Positions 15,421 through 30,900 of a stretch of 64,000 nucleotides of DNA are shown here, in pieces. Numbering within the stretch: the stretch's first letter is position 1; every line of letters starts with the position of its first letter. The DNA comes from the human T2T-CHM13v2.0 reference genome, Homo sapiens: the NCBI RefSeq assembly GCF_009914755.1, contig NC_060926.1; one strand, given 5' to 3'. Below the pieces are notes generated by a model. The model saw only the letters and a program-made list of their open reading frames with translations. It ran no database searches and had not been told where the DNA came from. The position numbers and the translations under genes were made by a program.

Positions 15421-16439
15421 ATTGGTCCTGTCCTGAGTCCTGTTGAGTCCTCGGTGCTGTGCTAGCCACACAGGAAAGACATACATGACACTATCCTTGC
15501 CCTCCAAAAAAGTCAGAAAGGCAAACAGTAAGTAGAAGAAAATGTTAGAATCCTGATGCATCTTCTTTGCTCCTGATTCAGGATTCAGGAGCTTATTTTC
15601 CCCCAGTATTTGGGTAAACAGCCAAACAATTGAATCTCACATTCTAGGGTGGAGTGGAGAGACATCACCTTGCCATAATACATCGGCTTTCCTGGGAGTA
15701 AAGTCAAGTTGGAATGCTGTCTGTCAGCGGCAGTTCCACTGGATATATCAAACCCTGCATCTCTCCTCTCCTTTTTTTTTTTTTTTTTTGTGGTGAGGAT
15801 GATGGAGTAAATATCTCCTTGGTACTCTGAGAGCCTGCAGAGAGAGGTGTTTGCATGAGGAGGCAGGAACCTATTCTATTTGGATTGAGAACTTTTTGCA
15901 GTCACAAGTGATGAGTGACAGCAAAAAAAAGTTATGAATTATAGTTTATTATTTCCATTACTCTTCCCACCTCTCCCTGGGCTGGGAACTTCTTTCCTGG
16001 GCAGAGACAGATACCTTTTACCTGTCTGGCTCTGCTTGTGGTGTTTTAAGAGGGCAGCAAGTTGGCCTCCAAGGGTTTCTTTCCATCCTGTGATTTGTAT
16101 ATTCCTGGATTTGCTGACGTGTTTCAGACAACAGACTAATTGCTCTGCCTGTGTTGTTCTCCCTCCTGCTTTTGAAGGATCTTATTTCACGTGTTGTGCC
16201 CTCTCTCTCCTATTTCCAGATTCTGCTTGTTGGCAACATGGTCATTCCAAGCATTGGAATTAGGCTTGGGTGTACATTCTGTTTCAGGTCTCAGTGATTG
16301 GGGTGGCAATAGGCGCAAATTGTTTAATTTCTTAGAATCCGTTTTCTCATCTTTAAAAGGTCAATAAGAACCATCTTGTTACTGCACAGATTTTGAAACC
16401 AGACCTTTGGTTCCATTTTGGCTGTTTTTGGTTCCATTT

Positions 16440-16635
16440 TGCTGTTACTTGGCTGTAAGCCCTTGAGATCAGCTTTACTTCTCTGCTCCTCAGTTTTCTC
16501 ACCTGCAAAGTGGGGGTGATGATACCACTAACTTCATAAGGCTTGTGAGGATTAAGTGAAGAAATAAATGTAAAGTGCTTATAACAATGTCTGTCATACA
16601 TTAAGTACCCAATAGATATTAAATATCATTATTAT
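16440..16635 (+). mobile_element. MIR SINE
   Basis: cctcagttttctcacctgcaaagtggggg...gcttgtgaggattaagtga. Confidence 0.85.
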
Positions 16636-16779
16636 CTGTCAGTGTCATTCTGAGGATTAACTAGGAAAACATGCATAAAGTGATTAGAACAGTGCATATA
16701 AAGCATGCTATGTTGTTTCCGTATGAATCTTGTCAAATCCCTACTACCTTAAAAATATTTTTTTCATCCTGAATCACTA

Positions 16780-18050
16780 GCTACTCCTCTCTTTATTCCT
16801 CCTGAATTTTCCCACAATGTACTTCTCCAAAATGTAGATCACACACGTTGTCTCCATTTTTCTCACTTCCATTCACTTCTCAGCTCAATGCAATCCAGTA
16901 TAGGCCCTCTCCATCACTCAAAAACGTGGAAACTGTCCTATTAATGTTGCCAGAGCTCATTGAACAAACCCAGGGGCAGCATCTGAATCTTTATCCTGCT
17001 TGACCTGCCTACAGCTTTTGACACTGATGTGCATTGCATACTTCTCGAAGCCCTTCTCTCCACTGGGTTTCATGTCATCACTTTCTGCTAGTCCTCCTGC
17101 CGTCTTGCATGCAGGACCTTTGCAGCTTGCTTTACAACTGTTGCTCTCCCTCTTCTTTAAACATCAGTCTTCTCCCGGGCTCTGTCCTTGTTACTCTTTA
17201 TTTCACCTATTCTGTGGCTTCAACTTCTACCTCTATGCTGAGAGCTCCACATTTATAGCTTCAGCTCAGTTTCCTTCTCTGAGCTCCTCACCTAACAAAT
17301 ATAATGGACAAACCCAACCAATTTGATGTCTTGGAGGCATCTTAAACACAAAGTGTTTAAAACTGAATACATCATCTCACCTACCCTTGACTCTTAATAA
17401 GTCTCTTCCCTGTGTTCCTTCCTTGTATTAGTAAATGGTACTGCTGTCCTTCATATGTCCAAGCCGGAAACCTAAGAGTCATCATAGTCTTTTCCCCTTT
17501 TTTTTTTTTTTTACTACTGCATCCCATCAATCATTAAGGCTAAGAAGTATGCTTTTTAAATATCTCCTCCAACCCTTCTCTACTGCCTCAGATGTGAACA
17601 TGGCTCTCCTGTGTTATTATAATAGTCTCCTTGCGCTCCAGTTGCAGCTACACAAATCATTGTGTGGTCCCCTGAATATTTCACGCTCGCTCACGGCTCT
17701 GAGTCCAGGATGATGCCTATGTCTGCCTGGAATGGTTCCTTCCCATTAGTTTGAAAAACAGAATTAAAATCTTCTCTAGCCTTCCCTGATGTCCCTGGCA
17801 CATTTAGTTGCTGCTCCGAATGCTACCCATGGGCTTTGAATGTATTTCCAGTGTGGTAATATCTAATTTTACTATAACTGTTCACTTGGCCGTCCATCTA
17901 TCCGTTACTATGAACATCTTAAAACTGAAGGCAACGCCTTTTCATTTTTGTCATCTTAGTGCCAGGCACACCAAAACCTTTCCACCTGGATGCCCCACAA
18001 ACATCTCAAATATGACATGCTTGCTGAATGACTGAATGAATGAATTTGTT
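16780..18050 (+). mobile_element. L2 LINE (RT region to 3' end), degraded
   Basis: atcctgcttgacctgcctacagcttttgacact translates as ILLDLPTAFDT (L2/CR1 RT motif). Ends in tgaatgaatgaat. Confidence 0.8.
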
Positions 18051-18509
18051 GAACAAATCTTTTCTATCTTCTGTGTCTTGAGTGTGGGACACAACTATCT
18101 TCCTCACTTTCGGTGACAAATATTTCATCACCTCTTGGTTGACAGAGATGTTAACTAACACTAAAACATGTCAGTTCTCATTGGCCATTTATAACTTGTC
18201 TTTTTCTCAAGCCCCAGCTACCTATAAGAAGTGATAAATGAAACTTATCCAAGGTAAGTCTGTTGTTCCATAGAAAGAGCATCCTTTGAATTAAAGCACA
18301 GCATTGATAGGAGTGCTTCCTGGGTGCACAGTTGGATTTGAACAGGATGTTGATATTTCAGAGTATAGTTTTTACCTGGCATGTATTTTAAAGGATTAAT
18401 AAAAACAAGTTGGAGAATTATTTGCAGGTCACTTTTTTAAAGTTCTGTATACAAACACAAATACACACACACATATTTCATTTGCAAATCTAAAAACATT
18501 TACTGAGCT

Positions 18510-19064
18510 ACAGTACAACCCATCAATCCTACTTCTGGGTATTCATCCAGAAGAACTAAAATCAGGATCTCAAAGAGATATCTGCATTTCTGTGTTCATT
18601 GCAGCATTTTCCCCAATACCCAAGATGTAGAAACAGCCTAAATGTTCATTGTCTTGACAGATGAATGCGGGTAAAGAAAATGTGATGTATGCAAACCATG
18701 GAATACTATTCAGCTTTAAAAAAAGAACATTTTACAATAGGTGACAACATGGATGAACTTTGAGGACATTAAAACAAGACATGGAAAGATAAATCCAACA
18801 TGATTCTACTTTTAATGAGGGATATAAAATAGTCAAATTCATAGATTCAGGGTAGGGATGGTGGTTGCCAGGGGCTTGGGGAAAGGAAAAATGGGGAGTT
18901 ATTAATCAACAGGCACAAAGTCTCAGTAAGGCAAGATGAATCATCTCTAGATATATGCTGTACAACATCATGCCTATCATCAGCAATAATGCATTACACA
19001 CTTACAATTTGTAAGAAAATAGATTTCATGTTAAGTGTTCTTGCTACAATAAAGTAAAACAAAA
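18510..19064 (+). mobile_element. L1MA10/L1MB1-like 3' end, 5'-truncated
   Basis: atcctacttctgggtattcatccagaagaactaaaatcaggatctcaaagagat..., 3' UTR, then AATAAA and an A-rich tail. Confidence 0.88.
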
Positions 19065-20929
19065 TACTTACTAAATAACAAAGGAAAAAATTTCACATCT
19101 TAGTGCAGTAGATGGTTTTTAGCAATTTCTACTATCTGTTGGGTCACACTTAACATAGAGAATGCTTTTGCATTGTGTCTTGTGAAATTTGTTCTAGCTC
19201 TACACTTTATAAAACTTTGTTATACTCTGAGAAAAGGCAGAGAGTCCACTTTTTAATTCTTTTTTATGACTCAGTAATGAGATACAATTTTTATTTTAAC
19301 GAAATTCTTTGCGATTTAGAAAAATGAAGTAGTTTCAAATTGGAAATCTAAACTCTCTGGTACATGGACCACCAGCTCACTTCTTAAGCAAAAGAACCAA
19401 TCAGTTAATAACAATGAAACATAAAGCTATGAAGGGTAGAATATATTTATCATTTCTCAGCTATGTGAAAAATGCCACCATGCCAGCTTTCATCATCTTT
19501 CCCCTTATCATCTAAATGTATATTTGAAATACAGCATCATAAACTAAATGGATGTTTTTAAGTTGTCATGTTAGACTTTCGCTGGTCATAAAGCTGGCTG
19601 ATATTATTTTCTATTATCTGAGCAGCCAATCAAGGCTTTTTAAATACAAATCTTATACAACTCTCCAAAATCAATGTTACATAACTAAATGCACCTGGTG
19701 TGCTTAACTGTTAATTTTTCCTATCCTTTATTACTCAATGAGTAATGAATCAATTATGATAGAGACAGTTATCAATTTCAAATATTAAAAAGAATAAATA
19801 GAGGACAACATACTTTTTCTAAAGCCCAACTTTTTCACTTGTCAGATCACTGAATTTAGTGAATGAATTAATTTTGCTAATGTTAATTATCTGTAAGAAA
19901 TGTATTACCCTAAATAATCAGGATTAAAACAAGCCCATGGTGTGGCTTTCTTTTTTTTTTAAGTTGAGGTATTATTACACAAAGAAAAAGAAGCAATTCT
20001 AAATTATGTATGGAATTAATCTTGGTTGGACTTGGGTAAGCCACAATGGGAAATTAGGCGACAGTTAATCTTCTGATAAATACATCTGGATTTAGACTAC
20101 ACAATTGTTTAGAAGTTATTTGGGAACTTAGAGGACAATTCCTCTAGGTAAATTGTTTCCCCTAAGTTCCCAGCAATGGGGTGATTCTGAGGCTAAAACA
20201 AATAAAACCCCCCAAGCCCCCCAAAACTGTCTTACCCACAACAAAAGAGAAGCACAACAGCCCAATAATTTTAAAGAATAAAGCTAGATCTGCTTAGATG
20301 CAAATTTTTAAAAATCAGATTGTATAGACACAATATGATCAAATATACAATTAGCAAAGATAAGCCTCTGAACTGCAATAAGCCAACTCAAAAAAAAAAA
20401 AAAAAAATACATGACGGCCCAGCCGGAGATAAGAGAGTCAGCCCAGTATTTTCTCTCCATGTTTTTAAGAGCAGCAGTTATGGTGACAGAATCTACCACA
20501 GGGTGATCTATGCTCTCCACACCGATGACAGAAGTGACATTCACTGCATTGCACAACAAATTGTTTTCAACTTACTTGTTTTTGGACATGCTGCTGCAGT
20601 CGGAGGGAAATTGGAAATCTTGTACACACCTTATAAGGAGTAACATATGACACTGCATTTTTCAGGAAATCAGTTGGACCTCAGATTTGGTCAAAGTACT
20701 TCTAGATCCCATTGAAGTGGTGATACTGTGATGCTGAGAATCTGCTCTGAGCACTTGTTTAGTTGATATTGGGGCAGTAAACCATATGGAAGGTAGATTC
20801 TGTCACTCTAAAGATTTTCTCCTCCTTTTCATCCAGGGTTATATGACTATTCTTCTTACTACAAGAATGGCAAAATTACAGTGGAGGAAACTAATCATTA
20901 AATTTTTTTTTTTTTTTTTTTTTTTTTTA

Positions 20930-21060
20930 CCACAGAGCTCTTTGATCATCTGGTAAGAGCTAACGACCTCTTATAGAAATCTACAAATGCCCAGAAAATT
21001 TTGCACAGAACTTCAAGAGGTTACTCAGCTACTGAAATCCATCCCTGGACCCCCCGAAAC
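20930..21060. mobile_element. Old hAT-Charlie non-autonomous DNA element fragment
   Basis: cacagagctctttgatcatctggtaagagcta...aattttgcacagaacttcaagagg...atccatccctggacccc resembles Charlie MITEs. Family uncertain. Confidence 0.5.
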
Positions 21061-21848
21061 TCCTTAATTAAGATGTTTACTGTGACAACTGGAGGATCAG
21101 GTTCATACCTTACTCTTCTCTGTCTGTGACATGACTTTTACCCCTGACCCAGACAGAGCCTTCAATATTGCCCCAGAGACCCACCTTGCCTTACAGTGTC
21201 TTGATAGTGGAGCCACACCAAGCTACTCAGGCAAGATGTGTCACTGATAACTCCTCAGTGCAGATATCAAGTTTCTGTAAGAATGTCCTAGTGGCAAAAG
21301 TTCACACTAAGCACAGTACATCAAGAATACAAATACAGCAAGTCTGGGGTGACAGATTTTCTACATTGTTCTACTTTCTGCCTCTCCCTCTTCCCTGGTC
21401 TATAGTTACCGTGCATAGTGACAGGCCAGACAGACAGACCACACTCCCCACTTGGCTCAGACTCTGTCCTGTACTCTGGCTCTTTCTCTTTTGTTTCTCC
21501 ATGAGCCAAATTCTTTAGGAATTGCTCTGAATGAACCTCCTGGAAATCTCTAGGATCCCAGCTGTATCTCCCCTTTGTGATGTCTTTGTTACTGAGGAGT
21601 AATTAATTGTTACCTGGTGTGACATTTAAATATCCTTAGTATTCTGTCATTGTTTCTGACCATCCTCCTTCTGTAGCTAGGTCCTTGAGAGCAAGATGTC
21701 TATGGATATTACCCCTTGGAGCTAAGAAATGGATCAATTGAGATACGTTTCAATACTGGATTGAACTATTAAAGCATTAGGCAGGTAGCAAGGCTGAATC
21801 AAAATAGTCTTAGGAACATTGGAATAGGAAGGGCATGCTGTCTCCTCT

Positions 21849-22096
21849 GCATTTTTCAAACTTTTTGAAAGTGATGCATTGTAATAAATCTTTTCCCCAT
21901 TACGATAGAGTATACAAAATATGTGTAATAGAGACAAAAATTATCTGAAACAAAATTTACCCATATTACATGTGCTGCACTCTATTTTCTATTCTGTTCA
22001 ATTTTATATTAAAAAAACAATAAGAAACACTGTTCACTGCCCATTACATGGATTTCATGACCCACTAATAGGTGGCGACTTGTTTGCAAAACACTG
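21849..22096 (-). mobile_element. MER119-like hAT-Charlie DNA transposon
   Basis: Ends catttttcaaact ... ttgcaaaacactg are degenerate TIRs; subterminal motif gatttcatgacccactaatagg. Confidence 0.65.
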
Positions 22097-22547
22097 GCTT
22101 ATCCCATGGGATTGGATTAAACTTGACAAGGAATTCTGCTCTGCCTTGCATTCTTCTCTAAAATCCATAAAAAGGTTTTTTTTTCTATTTATTAATTTAC
22201 ATAATATTCAAAGAGAATCCTTATAACAGTTCTGAACTGGGTTTTATATTAGGTTTCACAGATAACAAGTGGCAAAACTCATCGCCATAACCAGTCTTGG
22301 CATTTCAAATCGACGGCTATTTCCATCTTATCATGCTGCAATCTATCATCTGATTTTTCCCTGCCTAGACTCCCCACCTTGGCTGGAAGTACCCAAAAAG
22401 CTAGGAATGTACCTTAGCCATGCTAGGTACCCAGGAGGCACTTAATGAATATATGATAAACAGAATGGAATAACACTCTTGGTCAAAAGCCATGTCTTGG
22501 CTTGGCATGTTTTGGGACATCTTTGTTCCAAAACCTTATATAATTCT

Positions 22548-22840
22548 CTCTCTCTCTTTTTTATTATACTTTAAGTTCTAGGGTACATGTGCACAACATG
22601 CAGGTTTGTTACATATGTATACATGTACCATGTTGGCTTGCTGCACCCACCAACTCGTCATTTACATTAGGTATTTCTCCCAATGCTATCCCTCCCCCCA
22701 CCCCCCTACCCCATGGCAGGCCCCGGTTTGTGATGTTCCCCGCCCTGTGTCCATGTGTTCTCATTGTTCAACTCCCACCTATGAGTGAGAACATGTGGCG
22801 TTTGGTTTTCTGTCCTTGTGATACTTTGCTTAGAATGATG
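22548..22840 (-). mobile_element. L1PA (PA5/6-like) 3' end, heavily 5'-truncated
   Basis: ttattatactttaagttctagggtacatgtgcacaac. 18-bp TSD aaaaccttat(a/g)taattct at 22530-22547 and 22841-22858. Confidence 0.96.
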
Positions 22841-24254
22841 AAAACCTTATGTAATTCTTAATAATCATACTTTCTTCATACTCTATGCGCCATTCATTAA
22901 TGGGTTGGCACTGGAAACATTTCCCAAGCTTATAGGGAATTCTTCAATGAACATAGAGGAGCTACTGAGAGCTAAACACTCTTTGGTTCCTGCCTGTGAT
23001 TGAGTTTTTCCCAGAACTCAAAGAGAGAATTTCAGAAAGGCCAATAAAAGCCCCCAACAGGAGAGTTTTTGTTTTTGCTAGTTTTCCCAAACAGCTGGCT
23101 TCCCTAAGGCTGTAATTTGTAAGCCTGGTTTCTACCAGACTCTAAATCCATAATCAATGATAAGCTATCAAGCATATGCCCTAATTTATATTACTTTGGG
23201 CCTTTTCTAGCCAAAACCAACATCCCTGGGGAAATACCAAAATACATCTGTCCTAAGGTAGATACCTTATGTCTGGGGAGGTAGGGGGTGGACAGCTAAG
23301 ACTTGGTATTGAACAGGACTGAGTAATTGTCTAATGAATGAATGAGTGTATGGATAATCAAAGTGCAAATGCCTGCTATACATATGTAGGTATTCAGAAT
23401 ATTTTATATGCATTTATATGAGGCTCTTTTCCCTGATGACCTAGGAAGGGAAAAGACGGCAATAACATAGTCTTGTGGGTACTTGGGGAAGAAAAGTCAG
23501 GTGGAGAGAGAGAAACTGAGGGGAGCAAACAGAAGGTAAGGAGAGAAGAATAAAAGAATGAGAGGGAAACATCTGGCCGGAAAAGCAGGAAGGCCAGCAG
23601 CTCTGAATGCAGATCACAATCTTTGTTAGTCATCTTTATCTTACTGGTTACTTTGCTAGACTCAAAGTACACATTTCCTATGGTGGAAACTCCCTTGTTT
23701 ACTTATTCTTCCTGACCCAGGTTTAAAAGGCCTGCCTAACCATCTCAGTAGGCTTTTCCTAGCTGATATCCTTCTGAGCTGTGGTAGAGAAAGGGGAAGC
23801 AGTGCCCTCATGGCTCCTGGATTTACAGTTCCTGAGGAAGAACTGACAAATAGAGGAAGACTTCCCTAATATCAAATGAAGCAGAACCTTCTGGGCAGAA
23901 GGAAAACAGGTGATGTTGCAATGACAGGGCTCACCTTTCCACCTCGTGTTTGATGAGGGTTTGAGAAAAGAGCCACATTCTTTCCAAAAGTCAGGTCAGA
24001 AGCCTTTCCACACTTTGGTTTCCCAATTCAGCACCCGTAATGTCAAATAAAACGAAGGCCCTTGCCCCAAGTGAAGTCATCAGCAAATATCTCTTTGCTT
24101 TCCGGGGGACTGTGTTCTCTCACAACATCTTTTGGAATTATCACTTCATACTGAAACAAGGGTTTGATCTTTTCATGAGATGTATGGTGATGAAATTAAG
24201 GCCAGGGGCTCTGGGGACAGAAGAGAAGGCTGGCGCCCCTCGTATGCCCTGGAG

Positions 24255-24467
24255 AAACAGTGAGATGAAGAGCACAGCCTCTAGAGCCAGAGTGTCTGGA
24301 TCTAAAATTGGCTCTGCCAACAAGCATGTAAGTCACATAGCTTTTATATGTTTCATATGAAAATGGAATAAAAGTCTTATCTATAGGAATAAATAAGTCA
24401 ATAGAAGTGACGCACTTAAAACAGTGTCTGCGTATAGTAGGCATTCAGTGAGGTGCTGGCTATTACT
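24255..24467 (+). mobile_element. MIR SINE
   Basis: agagcacagcctctagagccaga...cacttaaaacagtgtctgcgtatagtaggcattcagt. Confidence 0.75.
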
Positions 24468-24549
24468 GGGGTGTGAGAACAGAAACAGTCATTTGCTCAA
24501 TCCCAAGTTTATTTTGGTACTTTGTTTCTTTCTTGTAATAAGGACCAGT

Positions 24550-24715
24550 AGTTTCAAGAATCCTAGAACGTTAGAACTGAAAGGAACGTTCATTTTATGG
24601 CTATGTAAGGCTCAGAGAGAGTGGAGCCCTCCAAGGTCACGCAGCTACCTGGTGGCAGTTTCAAGACCAAACACCAGGCTTCCCATTTTCTGGACCACTC
24701 TCCACTCTACCACCC
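24550..24715 (-). mobile_element. MIR3/MIRc fragment
   Basis: ttagaactgaaaggaac...aaggctcagagaga...ccaaggtcacgcagcta. Confidence 0.65.
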
Positions 24716-24835
24716 TCCTTCCTTGGAGGACGATGTCCAGGACCAAGATAATGCTGTTAGGGCAATGATAACAACTGGAACTGTAGTAGCCCCTCCAACG
24801 GCTCCCTTGTCACTACAAAGACAATCTTAAGCTGG

Positions 24836-25330
24836 TTCATTCATTCATTCATTCACTCAGCACTGCTTTTTAAGCTATTCTCAAACAGTACAGAAAAGCG
24901 AAACACAGTTCTCATTCTTAAAGAGCTTCTATTGAAATTAGAGCAATAAGATATGAAGATAAAATTATACAATAGTACAATCACTTACATTATACAATAT
25001 TTATATAATTATATTTTATAAATATAAATATATTTTATATTTATAAATTATACAATAATACAATCATTTATGTTAAGTGTCTAAGTATTAGACAGCTTAC
25101 ATATATTCTATCTAATCAGTTGCTAGTAAAAGAGTTTACATTAAGGTTAATAACATTATGAATTCCTAAAATAAATGAAACCAAGCAAGCAAGGAAAAAG
25201 ATGTGCAAAGCAGTTTGGAGGTTTAATAAGACAAAAAAAGACACCTGGCTAGAAGGATCAGGAAAGTCTTCATGCAGTAAGAGTAAGTGGCATTAGATAT
25301 GGGCCCTGAAACATGAATAGGTAACAGAAT
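24836..25330 (-). mobile_element. L2 3' fragment starting with (TTCA)n
   Basis: ttcattcattcattcattcactcagca tail, followed by antisense L2 motifs (ggatcaggaaagtcttcatg). Confidence 0.55.
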
Positions 25331-25595
25331 TAGAATGTGACCTTTTCCTCTCTCCTCCATGAATAATTACTTTCTAAATATAAATATATGCAAATGTATA
25401 CATATACTCGTACAAAGAAATGAAATACAATTCTACATAAATTTTCTATGGAATTTCAAAGACAAGTAAAACATAAATGAATCCAAAAGGCAAGAACTTC
25501 CAGCACTTCCACCCTATTCTGTGCAAGGCAATTGAAGAATAAGAGGGCTTGTTTTAAGAATTATCATCACATATGAACTTCTAGTTCATCTGTAA

Positions 25596-25956
25596 CAGTG
25601 GTTCCCAACCTTTTTGACACCAGGGACTGGTTTTGTGGAAGACAGTTTTTCCACGGATGGGGATCGGGAGTGAGATGGGACTGGGGTGTGGGGGTGATAG
25701 TTTCAAGATGAAACTGTTCCACCTTAGATCATCAGGCATTAGATTCTCATAAGGAGTGCACAACCTAGACCCCTAGCATGAACAGTTCACAACAGGGTTC
25801 ATGCTCCTATGAGAATGTAATCCGCTGCTGGTCTGGCAGGGGGCAGAGTTCAGGCCATAATGCTGGCTTGCCTGCCACTTACCTCCTGCTATGTGGCCTG
25901 GAACCTAACAGACCAGAGAGTGGTACTCGTCTGTGGCCTGGGCTTGGGGACCCCTG
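25596..25956 (+). mobile_element. MER1B hAT-Charlie MITE, complete
   Basis: TIRs cagtggttcccaacc / ttggggacccctg. 8-bp TSD atctgtaa / atctatag. Confidence 0.93.
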
Positions 25957-26808
25957 ATCTATAGGATACAAGACAAGTCACTCCTCACAAGGAAGAAGGA
26001 TGGTCATGATCAGATTTGGAGAGACAAGCTGATAGACTGGATTTCTACTGCCACCATGCCTGTGTATCAGTGGAGGTCTTAAGTAAATTATTGGATAATA
26101 CTGCAGGAGGACAGTCAGAGCCACTGCAGGACTCCAGGCTAGATAGGGAAGTGGGGGTAAAAATACAGAGAAGGACATTTGTTCTATAATGCAGACTGTT
26201 TTCCAAAGCAGCTACACTATCTTACATTCCCATCAGCAATGAAGCAGGGTTCCAGCTTCTCCACATCCACATTATCTGTCTTTTCAATTACGGTCATTCC
26301 AGTGAATATGAATTAATATCTCATTGTGGTTTCAATTTGTATTTTCCTGATGGTTAATGATGTCAAGCATCTTTTTGAGTGCTTATAGGCAATTTGTAAA
26401 TCTTCTTTGAGAAATATCTGTTCGTGTCCTTTGTCCAGTTTTAAACTGGGTTGTCATTTCATCCTTGAGTTGTAATAATTTTTTATTACGGCTACAAGTC
26501 CTTTACCAGATATATGATTTGCAAATATTTTCTTCCATCCTTTGGTTTGTCCTCTTACTTTCTTTATCTTATGTTTTGAAGCACAAATGTTTTATAATTT
26601 TGATGAAGTCCTATTTATGTCGTTTTTCCTTTTGTCACTTATGCTTTTATTGTCATTTTTAGGAAACCACTAAGAAACCAAGGTTACACAGATTTACTTC
26701 TATATTTTTTTCTAAAAGCTTTATAGTTTTAACTTTTACATGAAGGTCTATGATCCATTTTGAGTATTTTTTTTTGGCATGGTGTGAGAAAGTGGTCCAA
26801 CTTTACTT

Positions 26809-29633
<2,825 letters not shown>

Positions 29634-30469
29634 TCCAACTTCATTCTTTGCATTCGAATATGCAATTGTACCAGCATCGCTTGTTGAAAAGACTCTTCTT
29701 TCCCCATTGAATCTTGTGACACTCTTGTCAAAAAATCACTTAACCATAAATGTGAGGGTTTATCTCTGGACTCTCATTTTATCCTGCTGATCTATGTGTC
29801 TACTCTTATGCCAATACCACACTGTCTTGATTATGATAGCTTTGTAGTAAGTTTTGAAATCAGGCAGTGTGAGTCCTCCAACTCCATTGTTCTTTTTCAA
29901 GATTGACTATTCCGGTTTCTTTGCATTTCTATATGATTTTTAAGATCAGCTTTTAAATTCCTGCAAATAAGCAAATAAAATTTTAAAGTAGATTCCCTGG
30001 AATCTCCAGATCAGTTTGGAAAGTTTGGCTATCTTAACAGTATTAAGTCTTAACTCATTCCATTTATTTAGGCTTCTTTAATTTCTTTCAAATATGCTTC
30101 AGAGTTTTCAATATACAAATATTATACTCCTTTTGGTAAATTTATTTCTACATATTTTATCCTTTAGTGCTATTAAAAATAACATTTTTTAAATTTCATT
30201 TTTAGATTGCTCATTGTTAGTGTCTAGAAATAAAATTGATTTTTATGTATTGACCTCCTATCCTGCAATCCTGCAATCCTGCAAAACGTACTTATTTGGT
30301 TTTTAAATTTTTTTTCAGGTTTTTTTTTATGGTTTTGAGTATTTCTTTTAGGGTGATTGCTTAAAGCTTCTCTGGTTCAATAAAAGTGAATTTAAAAATG
30401 CCCGCAAGAGTTATCAATTGGATTGATTATTATACTAAAAAAATACTCTAGGTAAAGTTTGGTGATAAG

Positions 30470-30900
30470 ATGAACAGTAGCTAGAATGAGTTATGGAGTT
30501 GAGAGGGGATATTTTTGTCATGGGCCCAACTTGAGGGTGTTTATAGGCTGAAGAGAAGAAGCCAGTGGGAAGAAAGAGTTTGATATTAGAGAAAAGAAGG
30601 AGACGGTGGATGAAGAAGTGGCAAAGGAGTCAGAAGGGAGTGGGTTAGGTGTAGCTACTGGTTCTGAAATACCTTAAGGTTTACCTTGTCTTCCTAGATA
30701 TTGGGGAATGAGTCCAGGGTATAGATATGAATGAACATGTGGACTGGAATGTACAATAAAAAAGCTGACAGGAAGCAAGATGCTGGTGGAGAGTATGCTT
30801 GATAACTTCAATTTCTCCATGACATAGGAGTCCAGGGGATTTGCTGAAGGGAGAGGTTTTGAGGAGAGTAGTGAGGTTCGGAATAACTATTTAGAAAACA
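30470..30900 (-). mobile_element. L2 fragment, highly degraded
   Basis: acttgagggtgtttataggctgaagagaagaagccagtggga resembles antisense L2. Confidence 0.45.

Noticed and set aside
16406-16446. ~21-bp tandem duplication tttggttccatttt(g)gctgtt
   Set aside because: A single slippage event at a MIR edge; unremarkable.
20308-20643. Overlapping 107-aa and 83-aa ORFs in unique DNA
   Set aside because: They cross an A18 run, have no recognisable domain and no convincing exon boundaries.
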